Part shown: positions 11,801-26,370 of the stretch, one piece after another
How the letters are laid out: every line of letters starts with the position of its first letter
Numbering within the stretch: position 1 is the first letter of the stretch
Assembly (NCBI GenBank): GCA_964187785.1
Contig: OZ076409.1
Span: forward strand, 57,538,001-57,602,000
Length of the DNA stretch: 64,000 nucleotides
Reading direction: 5' to 3'
DNA from: Amphiscolops sp. MND2022
Lineage: Eukaryota
The notes under the pieces: model-generated
The model's database searches: none
Seen by the model: the letters and a program-made list of their open reading frames with translations, nothing else
Told to the model about the DNA's origin: nothing
Position numbers and translations under genes: made by a program

Positions 11801-12610
11801 AGTCATCGAATCAGAGGGTCAGTAAGAGAGGGCAGAAAAAAGCAGTACTAACTTGGGTGAAAGAAAGTTCTCCGTATTTGGAGAAGAACTCGGCTAAATT
11901 CTCTTTGGTATAGTGGTAAGGCAGATTCAGCACTACTAAGTCTGATGCCTGTGGAGTGGGTCGCTTTGTCTTTGATACTTCCGCCTGAGCACTGTCCTCC
12001 ATTTTCCGTTTATTATCTAGAGCAACAAAAATCAAAAATATAACCAATATTGACCTTTATCAAGCATGCACTTCATCAGTGTATTATTATCTAGATTGAG
12101 CCACAAACGAAACCAACTGATTTGTTGAAGCCATCAAGTTAGAACAAAAAATTGGTAAAATTGCGCGTTTGTCTTCTACAAGGTTCAAAATTTTGGAGCT
12201 TCCCAGAACTGACGCATGAAAATTTTTGGTCTGTATGAATTCAAACGGCCCCTTTAAATTTTCGGTAGTGAGAATTCTTCAACGAATCAGAAGATTTTTC
12301 TTGGATTGAAGCTGATTCCGGGTTGTCACTTAGATGATACAAATCAGGAGCTTTCCCACAAACCTGTTTGGGTTTTTACAGTGTTCACCAGGTACACGGT
12401 ATCTCCCCAACCTCCTTCGGGGGGATAGAGAACCCCATCTGCCAGTCTGACGCCCCTGAATGCGCGGTTGGAGGGGTTGCGGAATTTGAGACCGACAGCT
12501 GACGGGAACTGACTCTGCACTGAGGAGAGTAACACTCCCCCGTCATTCTCGACGGGCACCTCGATTGGATCGTCTGTCTCTGACTCCGAAATGGCTACGT
12601 AGTACTCCAT
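2877..12610 (-). CDS. TARDBP: TAR DNA-binding protein 43 (TDP-43), 456 aa; exons 12364-12610, 11853-12016, 5665-5802, 4618-4815, 3707-4034, 2877-3172
   Basis: N-terminal domain MEYYVAISE..PIEVPVENDG.VLLSSVQSQFP..VGLKFRNP; NLS DNKRKM; RRM1 (SDLVVLNLPY..SRGFGFIRF); RRM2 (RVFVGRL..FAFVTF); Q/N/S/Y-rich C-terminus with helix EMLNAMAKMMATAM. All introns are GT-AG with compatible phases (1,0,0,0,1). Confidence 0.95.
3419..3676. mobile_element. HINE-like element family B (in TARDBP intron 5)
   Basis: AAGACGCCCGCTAAGCA start and TTTCGCCCT/AGGGCGGAAAA subterminal inverted repeats; homologous start at 21000. Confidence 0.55.
6155..7785. mobile_element. HINE-like element family D with a nested TIR element (~6321-7470) that itself contains a family A copy
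   Basis: 6155-6320 plus 7472-7785 align with the uninterrupted copy at 18976-19458. The insert is bounded by CAAAAAGCTAAATACACT / AGTGTATTTAGCTTTTTG. Confidence 0.7.
6572..7051. mobile_element. HINE family A copy
   Basis: AACAAGACGGGAACGTCTCAAGTCGGCGC ... GCGCCGACTAAAAA. Confidence 0.8.
8863..9145. mobile_element. HINE family A copy (short, opposite orientation)
   Basis: TTTTAGTCGGCAC ... GCGCCGACTTTG-GCCGTTCTCGGC-TTGTT; same subfamily as 15372-15913. Confidence 0.8.
9301..9810. mobile_element. HINE family A copy with partial tRNA-like cassette
   Basis: AACAAGCCGGGAACGGCCCAAGTCGGCGC ... GCGCCGACTAAAAAA. Confidence 0.8.
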
Positions 12611-12963
12611 GCTCGTCTTATGATAAAAATTATGGTTAACTGCTCGTTATTGCGATTGACTATAAAGGAGCTTCAAAAGATCTGAAATTCAAAATAACTC
12701 GTTCATATTGAAATTTTGAGCTATAAAGAATCGTATGTTCCACAAAGCAAGACTAGAAGCATCTTACGCCATGGCAGGTATTTCAGTAGGCAAGAAAAAA
12801 CCAATTCGACTACTTTGTTCAACAATTTTACAACTGAATTTAAACGCTGAATTTACAACGGAAACTGACATTAAAAGAAGAAAACGCTGAATTCCTTGGT
12901 TAATGCCGTTCCCGGCTTGTTAGAATCGTATAATGTCTATGATTATAGACATTATACGATTCT

Positions 12964-13394
12964 AACAAGCCGGGAACGGCATAAGTCGGCGCCATATCTA
13001 AAGCTCAAAAACAGCGCAAGGACTTCAAAATGTCCAGTATTCTTTTCTATAGTACCCGAAAAACCCAAAAGTGGGACCTCTGGCGCGCTAAAAGGGGGGA
13101 CCCTTTCGCAAAGCATCAAAAAAATTGAAGGGGGACCCTTAGAAGTCATTTAAAAATTATCGAAAAAGTCTCACAATGCCGAAAAAAATGAAGGAGGGGA
13201 ATCTTTTGTCTCGCCCAGTATTGTATGTTACGCTGAAAAAGGAACAACTTTACAACTTTCATAGTTCAGTTCCCTGGCCCAACTGGTCTAATTTGACCTT
13301 AAAATTTTGTAAAACTTTCAAGAACTATTTTGGTCAGTTCGCGTGGATTGAAAAAAGTCACTAGTATAGTCACATGAAGCGCCGACTAAAAAAA
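12964..13394. mobile_element. HINE family A copy upstream of TARDBP
   Basis: Family A termini at both ends; an isolated terminus GCCGTTCCCGGCTTGTT also lies at ~12905-12921. Confidence 0.8.
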
Positions 13395-13412
13395 GCGTGT
13401 AGCAGTAAAATT

Positions 13413-13815
13413 AACCAGAGCCGCATGTGCGGTAAAGGAGTCTTCTTCCTTCTGACTCGCTCGAATCCCAGTCATACGATTTTGATAAAATTGCACATAT
13501 AGGACCCTAATATGGTGTAGAATGGCTGCAGAAAATTTCGTGCGAATCGTATGAAGTTTTTTAGAAAATAAAAAAGTCCAAAAATGGCTGCTTTTTGGTC
13601 ATTTTTGGGCTATTTTGACTGTTTCTCACATCCCAGTCGTAAGATTTTGATGCCACTGCGCACGCAGGAGCACTTTGGGGTGTAGAATGACTGCAAAATT
13701 TTATGGAAATCGTATGGACAGTTTTTGAGAAATTTGAAGTTTTCATTAAAAGTCGGGGGAAAAAACGTCACGATTGCATAAGTAGTCGAAATTTTTTTCA
13801 GACTCCTGATAAAAA
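13413..13815. mobile_element. HINE-like element family C with internal ~165 bp tandem duplication
   Basis: AACCAGAG + hairpin CCGCA-TG-TGCGG, subterminal GGAGTC...GACTCC. Duplicated CCCAGTC.TA.GATTTTGAT...TGTAGAATG.CTGCA unit at ~13467 and ~13632. Confidence 0.5.
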
Positions 13816-15195
13816 TTAATGCAGAATAAAAATAAAAGTTAAGGACAATCTTTGAAATCCCAAAAGCGGGTTTTACTCCAACTTACGTCCTTTATTTAGA
13901 CGTGTATGATCCAAAATGAAATGCATACAAATTCAGCCTGAAACTTGCCTCTATTGACTTCTGGTAAAAAGACGTAAGAAAAGGTTTTTGAATAAAATTT
14001 ATGAGCTTATTTGGGCAATAACAACATCATTGAAAATCTACACATAATAGCAATGAAATTCGTAAGATTGTATTGATAAATTATTTGTGGAATATTTTTG
14101 TCAGTCTGTTCCAAATGAGTTCGAATGAGTTGGGCACATAAGATGACAGTTGATAGCCAATTAGACAAAAAGAAGCCGTTTCAAAATTATTCACATGCTT
14201 ACTCATCATTCGAACACAGGTGGGCCATATCAAAAGTTTAAAAAGCGAAAAATATAGGATACAGCATCACACTCGCTTGAATTTTTAGTACCGAGCTAAG
14301 ACCAAATTCTATTTGAGTTTGCGCCTTTTCTGAAAAGTCATTTATTGACAGATATGGAAGTTAGAATTATTTTCCCACCAAACAAGAGAATATGTAGTAC
14401 TAAGCAACTGTGGATAACTCAGGTATCAAAAAACTGAAAAACAGGCATTTTTTTCATATTTCTTGACCCAAGATCATGCGTTTAATATCTAAATACAAGA
14501 ATGTGTGATGCAGTAACGGACATTGCAAGCTCACGGAAATTGAATTTCATCTCAGCTACTATAATGGGGATATGGAATAACTGACTACAACAAAATAAAC
14601 AAGTTTTGTGTACATTTATTTTTCAGCTTTACATCCGTCTTCCGTTTTATTTTTCATTCCAATATATACTCGCATGTAAAATGCAAAAACATGGATCCCA
14701 CAAAAGTCATTTGGGGGGCACAAATGAAATGAACCTCTTCAATGAATGATGCTGAAATATCCATCACAACTTCAGGGGACCCCTTTGGTGTGTTGTCAAG
14801 GGGCTAGCGACTGTATTGGCGACTGGTTTGGGAAAATGGGAATGAGATTTGAAATGGAAAATTGGGGGTCATCACTCATAACATAACAACAGGAGTAACA
14901 ACACCACTAATAGTAATTGTAGAGGTGGTATTCAAGTTCATTAACGACATTCTACGCAATATAATTATAATATGAGCATCAATTTAGAAGTAAGCTGCGA
15001 TAGGTCGGTGAGTGGGCGACGGTGACGGCACGCAATGCAATGAGGTCTGGTCTATCAAGAGGAATGGGGATGTTTTTGCTAAAGTTGATGTTTGTTGTCT
15101 TTTTATCTGCTGCTGAGTAGAATTAAGTTCAGGGGGAGGAGGAGTCAGAGAGATGAGAAAACATATAGACACGTGCTCTGCCTGACCTGAGAGAA

Positions 15196-17819
<2,624 letters not shown>

Positions 17820-18430
17820 GGCTAAATCTGAAATGATACTGAAGGTCAGTACAAATCAAATCGATTTACACATATCGTAAGAAAGTCGGAATTTACGGCT
17901 ATTATGATGTTCGTTCCCTCGTGAAAAATGCAAGGCATGAACAGGTAATTTACCGCTATTTCAATGTATACACCAGGCAGAGCAAACAATTGAGGTTCAC
18001 GTTAAGTTGCACATTGAAAAACCATTGCAACACTTTCGGTGTATTTTTCGATGTCATCATTTTATCGGGTTGCTCGCTGGGTACGAATTGTAGAGCAAGT
18101 GTTGAAAGTAACAGTTTTCCAGTTACAGCTGAATTATGCACTCAACTCAAGCACTGACTAATTGCATCTTTCAAATTATTGTATCAGAAAAATCGTGCAG
18201 CACCGAAATTATGAAAATGATCACCTTCGGAAATCACTAAAATTTCATCAACCATTTTCGCGATAGAATCATTCAATAAAATTCCGGAAGTTTCAAAAGA
18301 TCTCAAAGCATTTTTCAGCTTTGTGAAAGAAAGAGCAAACTTGGTAAATTTGATCGAAAGCATTCAGATCTTGGGCTATAAACTTTGTTACTTAACCCTA
18401 ATGAACAGTGGTACTTTACGGCAGTCTACC

Positions 18431-18906
18431 TTTTTTAGTCGGCGCTTTTCGTAGAAAAACGCAGACTATAGTAGTGACTTTTAAAGACCAACGAAGTGAC
18501 AGATTTTATAAGCTGGCTTCCTTTAACTGACCACACTAATGTAAGCTGTGCATAGAGGTTAATTAAGATTTTTGAGTTCTGCCAAGCAGAAGGACGTGGG
18601 TTCGAGTCTCGCCCTCGACCAAAATTTTTTTGTGCATGTCATTTCGGCTTTGTGAGACTTTTTTTCGCAAATTTTTTAAATGTCTCCAAAGTGTCCCCCT
18701 TCGTTTTTTTTTATTTTGCAAAAGAATGGATGTTCAAAAAACCCCAAAGCCCCGCTCCCTTTTTTTTACAATTTTCGGTACTATGCGACTTACCGGAGAC
18801 TTCAAAAAATTTCGGAAAATTTTTCGCTCATGCGGGCACTGTAGAAGAGAATACTTGACACTTTGAAGTCCTTTTCCTATTTTTGAGCCTTAGATATGGC
18901 GCCGAC
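18431..18906. mobile_element. HINE family A copy (opposite orientation) with tRNA-like cassette
   Basis: TTTTTTAGTCGGCGC start, colinear with 1271-1813; terminal hairpin lost. Confidence 0.75.
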
Positions 18907-18975
18907 GGTTATACTTTTCCAAAATTCAAATTTTGGCGCAATCCGCTTTTCTCAAAAATCTTTGAACAATAGAAA

Positions 18976-19458
18976 AACAGGCCCCTGCGGGGCACAGTAT
19001 TATTTCTGCTTTTTAGGCTTTCATGTTCATTGATAGAAGCATATCTGGAAAACTAAACACTCCTGTTTAATCATTATATAGCGCACAATTAATCACTGTA
19101 CCAGTTTAAACCGTCTTTAATTCCTCTCGGACTAAAGAAAATATAACTACTAAGCGTAGACGAAGTTTCGTACTCGCATTCGAATGCAGGCGAAGCTCTC
19201 GGCGAACGAATATTTAACACTTGTTCTTTTAATTTCAATATCTCGGTGTACGAAAGCACATTTACCGCTAGCTAGTTTCATCGCACGAGAAACGAATTGT
19301 GGTTGGCAGCTTGAGAAATTAAAATCACACGCTTATACTCACTGCCGAACAAAATATCTGAACTTTTCAGTAGGTACTCAAATTGCGTACGAAAAGTTGA
19401 TTGAAAAAAGTTCAAAAATTCGGATTTCCATATTAATCCTGATGTCGCAGAAATAAAA
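18976..19458. mobile_element. HINE-like element family D
   Basis: AACAG + hairpin GCCCC-TGC-GGGGC, subterminal TTATTTCTGC ... GCAGAAATAA; second copy at 6155-7785. Confidence 0.7.
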
Positions 19459-20733
19459 AACAAGACGGGAACGTCTAAAGTCGGCGCTATATCTAAGGCT
19501 CAAAAAGAGCAAAACTTTTTTGGATAAAAACTTGAAATTTTCGAAAATTTTTTCTTTCGAAAAAAAGTCGCACAGTGCCGAAAAAAATCAAAGGACCCTT
19601 TAGCCTCGGCCGGTTTTCTAGGTTACGTTAAAAAAGTAAAAAATGAAAGGGGGACCCTTTGGAGACAAAAAAAATCGAAAAAGTCGCACAGTGCGGAATA
19701 AAATCGAAAGGGGGGACTCTTTAATCCCGTCCGGTTTTGTAGGTTACCTTGAAAATGTAAAAAATGAAAGGGGGGACCCTTTGGACCAAGTTTGCCTGGG
19801 CCGGACTTAGCCTTAGTTGGTTTCAGGATTGTTTCTAAAAAGTGGACCGATCAGTGTGAGGATTGTAGTCTGAAGAAAAACAAGCCGGGAACGGCCCAAG
19901 TCGGCGCCATATCTAAGGCTCAAAAACAGCAAAAGGACTTCCAAGTATTCTCTTCTACGGTACCGGAAAAACCCAAAAGTTGAACCGAATTGGCACACCA
20001 GAGGCGACACTTTGAAATTTTTCATCCATTCTGTCGCAAATCATCAAAAAAATTGAAGGAAGGGCACTTTTGGTGAAATTTTTTTTTAAAAAGTCTCACA
20101 ATGCCGAAAAAACTGAAAGGGGGGACCCTTTGGGATTTTTCAACATCCGTTCAGTCGGAAAACTCCAAAAAAATTGAAGGGGGGACCCTTTGGGAAAAAA
20201 ATTCGAAAAAAAGTCTCACAGAGCTGAAAATACTCTAAGTCCCTTTGAGTTTCTTAGATGATGTAAAAATACTACTTCGCAAGTTTTTAAAGTATTTTAT
20301 TTAAATTTGCTAAGTAAGAATTGTAAGATATTAAGATTGTAAGATTTGTAAGAAAAGTGGACCGATCAGTGTGAAGATTGTAGTCTGAAGAAAAAAAAGG
20401 TCACTGCTATAGTCGGGCATTTTTAGTTAAAAGGAAAACGCGCCGACTAAAAAAGGTCACTGCTATAGTCGGGCATTTTTCCTTAAAAGGAAAACGCGCC
20501 GACTAAAAAAAGGTCACTGCTATAGTCGGGCATTTTTCCTTAAAAGGAAAACGCGCCGACTAAAAACAGTCACTGCTATAGTCGGGCATTTTTCCCTTAA
20601 TGGAAAAGCGCCGACTAAAAACAGTCACTGCTATAGTCGGGCATTTTTCCCTTAATGGGAAAGCGCCGACTAAAAAAACAGTCACTGCTATAGTTGGGCA
20701 TTTTTACTTTAAAGGAAAAGCGCCGACTAAAAA
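19459..20733. mobile_element. Two head-to-tail HINE family A copies (starts at 19459 and 19879) ending in a tandem array of the terminal unit
   Basis: Two AACAAG-hairpin-AGTCGGCGC starts; shared AAGTGGACCGATCAGTGTGA.GATTGTAGTCTGAAG segment at ~19840 and ~20355. Confidence 0.8.
20399..20733. repeat. Tandem array of 6 x ~55 bp units of the HINE terminal hairpin
   Basis: Unit GTCACTGCTATAGTCGGGCATTTTT-CC-TTAA-A/TGGAAAA(C)GCGCCGACTAAAAA repeated six times. Confidence 0.9.
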
Positions 20734-20999
20734 CAACCCCATGCCCTTCTACAACAAGTCCTTGTGCAACAAACCCCAATAATATCTTGTTACTACAAGC
20801 CCTCGCAGCGGGCCGCACGAAGTGCGAAATGGCCGCGAAGGGGCGGTACAGGAAAAAGAAACTGAAATTCTGAAGAATGGGGCGCGCGGCGACAGGGGCT
20901 CGCCAAACCAAAATGAAAACGAGCCTAATATCAATCCATTCAAACGCGCTGCAGTTCATTTCTCTGGTACGCGTAGTTGTGGAGATATTAATGATTTAA

Positions 21000-21788
21000 A
21001 ACAAGACGCCCGCTAAGCACCGGGATATTTTCCGCCCTTTTTGCCTTCACCAACTAAGCCATAGCTATTTTGGGAGGGGGGAATAGGATCTAAAGAATAA
21101 GATCTAATATTTTATTATTATTCGCATTAGGTCTTATTCCAATCCTGAAATTTTAGATCTTATTCTCTTTTTTGACTTTAGATCTTATTCCCCACTCCAA
21201 AATATTTAGTTACTTGACTATTTTAGCTACTACAATAGACAACTAACTTAAAAAGTAGTCAAGTAACTAAGTGAGGTCGGGAGATTTGGCAGAATTTGGA
21301 AAAAAACGCATCACAGATCATGATTTTCCTCCCCCAAATTTATTTGTGGGGTCGGAAAATAACTAGCTGAGGAGTTAGACTAGCTGCTAAGAGAAGAATT
21401 TGTTGAGATAACCTGGTAAGAAGATGGCTGTTCGCGTAACTATTATTCCAGATCACGCAAAAACAACTTATTTTACAGATCAACTCATCAACTTTATTCA
21501 GTTAAATATTTGCCTAAAATAGGATGCTCGAAACTAGGGATAGCAGAAATTCATGGCGTGTAAAAATGTAAAAAACCGGATTTGCATAATTCCGTTACAT
21601 AAATCCGATCAAAAATAATTTTGAAGGCATTTTGAATTTTCAGTAAAATGCTCACTCAATGACAATTTAGAATTTGCGAGTAGTTTTCATTCAAATTTTT
21701 TATCAAAGGAAAATTTTAAAATGTGACAAGTAGTCAATGTGAATAAACTTCTGGGCAAGGTTCAAAAAGGGGCGAAGTGTTTGAAAAA
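21000..21788. mobile_element. HINE-like family B copy containing a small MITE (~21073-21198, GAATAAGATCTAA repeats) and a ~65 bp palindrome (~21206-21270)
   Basis: AACAAGACGCCCGCTAAGC start as at 3419. Inverted GGAGGGGGGAATAGGATC/GATCTTATTCCCCACTCC and TTAGTTACTTGACTA/TAGTCAAGTAACTAA. Confidence 0.5.
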
Positions 21789-22338
21789 TTAACTATCAAT
21801 CATTACAGTTCCAAAAAATACCCGAAGTGATACCCATAAGACTCGAAAACAGCTTTGTTTTGAAGTGGAAACATCAGAAAAACCCAATTTTTTGAACTCC
21901 TTCAAAAATATTCGCATAGTGCTTAAAAACTCGAAGCTCGCTATAAGGCTTTTTTGGGACCAAAATCTTCAAAAAAAAAAACGAAGATGGATGGTGAAAT
22001 TTCCACTTTGATGAAATTTCTTGAAGTCGCACAGCGCCAAAAAAAACATCTTTTGATCTCGTTCAGGTTTGCGAAAATCAAAAAACTGTCCATTCTGGGA
22101 TTCAAACCAGCCACCCCTGGTTTACAGCCACGCACTTATCCACTGTGCCAAGTGGCATACCGGAAATGCAAGTTCGCAGGTTTTAAAAAACCACCATTAG
22201 TTTGCGTTTTCTAATGAAAGCGCCGACTGAAAAAGTATCATTTGTCTGCGAATTTCAGCTTTAACCCCGTCAACTTCAGCTATCCCTACTCGGAACACAA
22301 ATTAACTTCACAACGCAACTAAACAACACATCCATTTT

Positions 22339-25300
22339 TTATTCTTCATCTTGGAGGTAGCTATTTCTTTTTTCTTGACTAGCGTCACCTCTCGAATCAC
22401 CCAACAGACAGTCCAACTTGTCTTGAGAAGCTATCAGGCTATCAATCTGTTTTTCCAAGCCAACAGCTGTAAATAGGTTTGACAAAAATAGCAGTCACAT
22501 TTGTGGACTGGAAATCCTTGAAACGGGAAAAAAACAAAAACAATAGGTGAATATTAGGGCGAGGGATCATGTATAAAGGCTTTACTTTTGATAGCAATGT
22601 GACAATCAGTCTAAGCAGTTGACCAGTGACAAAACCACGGCAACTAAAAATCCATATAGAAGAAGTGTCATGAATTATGACATTCATATAGCATCTCGAT
22701 TGTTTTCCACAGAAATTAAAAGTGAACGCACTTTCCAATGCAGACATCTACACAGCAAGGTAAACGCAACTGGCCAATTGATTGTTAAAGTTTTTCAAAA
22801 GTTGTCTCGACCTAACCAACGCGACATGACCTTAAAGTAGCTTAAAGAAGCTAATTTTTACCTTCTCGGCTCTCTTTAGGTAGCGTTTGCGAGCTAGGTA
22901 GGCCACTCAGTACTTCTTGAGAAAGGGACAAGAACTCATCAAGCGAAGAATTCAGTCTTTCGCTCGAGCTTTGACTATTGGGTGGACCTGTATCTTGAGA
23001 AACACCTGTATCTTGAGAAACACTCGATGACACCCGAGATGGCTGAAACTGAGAACTGAATACTTCATGTTCAATGATAGTTGGACTTTTCAAACGTTTC
23101 AGTGAAAATCTGTGTACCTGGGACGAGTTTTTGTCGACGACACATTTGACGTTGAACCTTGGGGCCTTGAACCCTTGTTTTTTAAGTCCTGGTTTCCGAG
23201 CTGCTTCTCTAGACACTGTCGGAGCGGAAAGTTTGGCTTTTTTTATTGGAGTGAGATTTCTGCCAATCTCGATGCTTGATTGAGAAGCACTCACGTTACT
23301 TTCCGAAGCATCTGTACTTGAAACGGCAGAACTGTTACTGATGCTTGAAGGTGAAGCTAATGACAATTTTTTGGTTAGCGAAGGCTTCTTGTAGTTATCT
23401 TGGCTCTTTGATTCGTTTCGATCTTCAACTTTTGAAACTAGGCTTTTCGCCGGTTTGAATAACTCCAACTTCGATATTAAATCTTGAGGAAAGCCCGCAT
23501 CTTCTTCAGTTTCGCCAACATGCATCGTGTTTACGGCCATTTTTCGGTCCTTTTCTTTACTTAATTCCATCGGCTTTCCACAGACATCAATAATTTTCTC
23601 ACTACAGTTCTTATTTCCGCTAAGCTCCTGATTTTCATCAGCAACTGTCTGTTCGTCGAAGTTTTCCCGCGTTTCTTTTAAATTTTCTTCCGTAATTGAC
23701 GACGGAACAATGTTGGCATCTTTGGTTGATGGTTCTTGATAATTTTGTTCCGAAACTTCACCACTTTTGCTCTGTAGAATCGGAGTTTCAACAACTGTGC
23801 CATTCAGATTTTTAGTCTCAATTGGCTGTAACGAGCCGCTTGCGGATTTATTGGCGTCTACTTCGGAATCATCCTCATTGCTTGGGACAATATGCTCTGA
23901 ACTGGGCTCCAATTCAATGTGACGCGCGGCCTCAGTTGCTGCATTTTCAAAATCAGAAAGAAACAAAATGAGGCACAAAAACATTAACTTGAAAAACGAG
24001 TTCAACTAACCAGATCTCTCATAAATCGTGCCTGCGACTTCTTGGTTATCTTGATTATCAGAATTAGAGAGAAATGAACTATTTTTCACGACAGTGTCAA
24101 CAACTTGCTGTAAATCGGTTATGGACGAAAACACTGCTGGCTCTTCTATAGATAATTCAGCAAATAATGTTACCGACACTCACAAAACTCACTGGCCACG
24201 AGAATTACTGATACTGCAATTTTCAAAACATTTCAAGGAAAAATTTTGGGACATCTGTTTTGAGATTCCGAAAAAATCAAAAGTGAAACGAGATCGCTAC
24301 AAAAAACTAGTTAGCAAATAACTTCACCTTTGCTTCCAATCTGGTCGACTTTATCAGTAACTGTAGTGCTTGATTTAGGTTTGGATTTTTTTCTCTTCAC
24401 TTTTGTAGTAATCGAGAATGACTTCTCGGCAGACAAAGACAACCCCGTTCCTTCTTTATTTGATTGGGGCTCAGGTATTTTTAAAACTATTTCTTCGGTT
24501 ACTTCATCGTCACTTGAATCAGTCGTGAAAGTCACCGTACAGCTTGATTGACTATGATTCACCCTTTCACTAACGCGGTTTTTATTGTTCACCCGAACCA
24601 CTGTTTTAGAAGTAGCTGGAAGCGTACAAAGATTGAAAGAACGAAACCATGAGAATCAAAAAATTTTAGGTTAACTCTATACCAGAACTGTGAGGCTTCT
24701 GGAAAATTCTGCGCTCCCTGTTCAACGAATGACTAACAGCCGTGGAACATCGCTTCAAGAAGCCAAATCTTTCCAAACGCTCTTTCGGAGTCAGTTTGAG
24801 AGCCTCGGTATACATGGCGAAAACACTGCTCTGATTCTTTCTAAACATGTTTTTCCCGATAACCTTCTTCTCAAGCACTTCTCATCGAAGTTGAGGATTT
24901 TCCAGCTAAATGGCGATTCGGAATGTTTTTCAAACTTACTTTTGGTCATGTGGAAGATAGAGTCGCAAACAGTCTTTGCTCCGAATTATCTGTGTCTCAA
25001 TACACCATGTTCTGGTGACGGGGTTGGACAAAAACGTCACGTGATAGCTCGTGACATATCGCTTTTCTTGAGGAGTTATATGAAAGTAAAGATCATCGAC
25101 TGGATTCGGATCAACTACAGCGGGCCACCAAGGATACCCTTGAAAATGAAATAACACTATTTTCAATATCTTGCAAGAACAGTTTTGTTCATTGATTGAT
25201 CTTGATCAACAACATTAAAGACATACATATTAGGGTACGATATACATTTATACCTAACAATAACTTTGATTTTAGGGATATAAAATACACGAATATTCAT

Positions 25301-25758
25301 GTAAGACCTTGAGCAGCAAAAATGAATTGGACTACTTTTAAAAACTAATCCTGCGTGATGACAAGGCCAATAGCAAGTTTCAAAAGAGTATTATTTTAGT
25401 CGGTCAGCAAAGATCTTATCTAGACTTGAGACTTTGGAGCCGCATTCTATTTTGGAAACCATATTAAATAAGAATTTGGGATAAACTATGGATAAAGATT
25501 TTAACCATCCACTTTAACTGCCACTAAGTCTCCAGGGTGGTACTGCTGATAAGTGCATTTTGAATTCCACCATTTATTTTTCTCTTCATAAATCTCGCAA
25601 CTCAAATCAGCTCTTTCAGAGCAAACCCAAGTTGCACGATTTATTAAATAGATATCTTCTGTCTCTAACAGCTCTCTCCATTTACCACAACTCACGCACT
25701 GAACCCACTGTGCAAATTCCTCATCAGAAGAGAGTATTTCTACTGCTGTATCGACCAT
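22339..25758 (-). CDS. ZCWPW1: Zinc finger CW-type and PWWP domain protein (ZCWPW1/2-like); exons 25506-25758, 24940-25138, 24683-24840, 24328-24615, 24011-24145, 22862-23938, probable last exon 22339-22466
   Basis: zf-CW WVQCVSCGKWREL...WVCS...C, then PWWP GDLVAVKVDGYPWWPAVV...YHVTFL..PVTRTW and helix EALKLTPKERLERFGF; long S/K/E-rich disordered tail. Phases are consistent. The terminal exon and the 1-versus-2 paralog assignment are uncertain. Confidence 0.8.
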
Positions 25759-26370
25759 TCAGAAACCTAAAGAAACAATGAAAATACACATTTCAAGTGA
25801 TACCACTTGACTTTGTCGTTCTTGACGTAGTTGTTTCAATGTTTTTTTTTATTGAACGAAGCTTGATAACTTATTCCCTTGCTCTTATGGGAATGGAGTC
25901 TTTACCTACATACCATCATCAAAACCTATACCATGAAAGCGGTATCAATTATGTGCTTGACCGCAGATGGCAAAGAGCCGTCATGAATTTTTTACCTCCA
26001 AAAGTAGTATGAACAACTAACTGACTACACAAAATTTCAGCTTACATTTGGGTGGTCGGATATTTCTCAAGCACTGCGGATCCTTCCGGAACCTCCTTGA
26101 AGAGTGAGGGGAAACTCCCAGAAACTAGGAAATTTGAATTATTACTTCCGGAAAACAATTACGAAGAAACTTTTACCGAGTCTGATTTTCACACTAAAGT
26201 TTTTTGCGAAAATCTCTCGAAAATTGAATGCCTCTCTTGCCGTCATGATGGAGCGAGATGGTGCCTAATAAGGTCTGCTAACGAGGAGGATCATGCATTC
26301 AAAAATGAAGTCGATGCCGATCGTTGAAAACCTTTCACTCGAGGAAAAGTATAAAGTAATCGGTGAACTA

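Noticed and set aside
11725..11810. Possible intronic box C/D snoRNA (CGATGA...CTGA...ATGA...CTGA on minus strand)
   Set aside because: C box is imperfect, there is no terminal stem, and I could not recognise an rRNA/snRNA-complementary guide.
20399..20733. CRISPR-like array of palindromic repeats
   Set aside because: No unique spacers; the units are copies of the HINE terminus; eukaryotic context with no cas genes.
24906..24939. 34-nt mini-intron in the ZCWPW gene
   Set aside because: It leads to a premature stop; the acceptor at 24841 restores the conserved post-PWWP helix.
26052..26327. 91-aa plus-strand ORF divergent from ZCWPW
   Set aside because: No true ATG start, no recognisable domain or splice partners; overlaps the probable ZCWPW 5' leader region.
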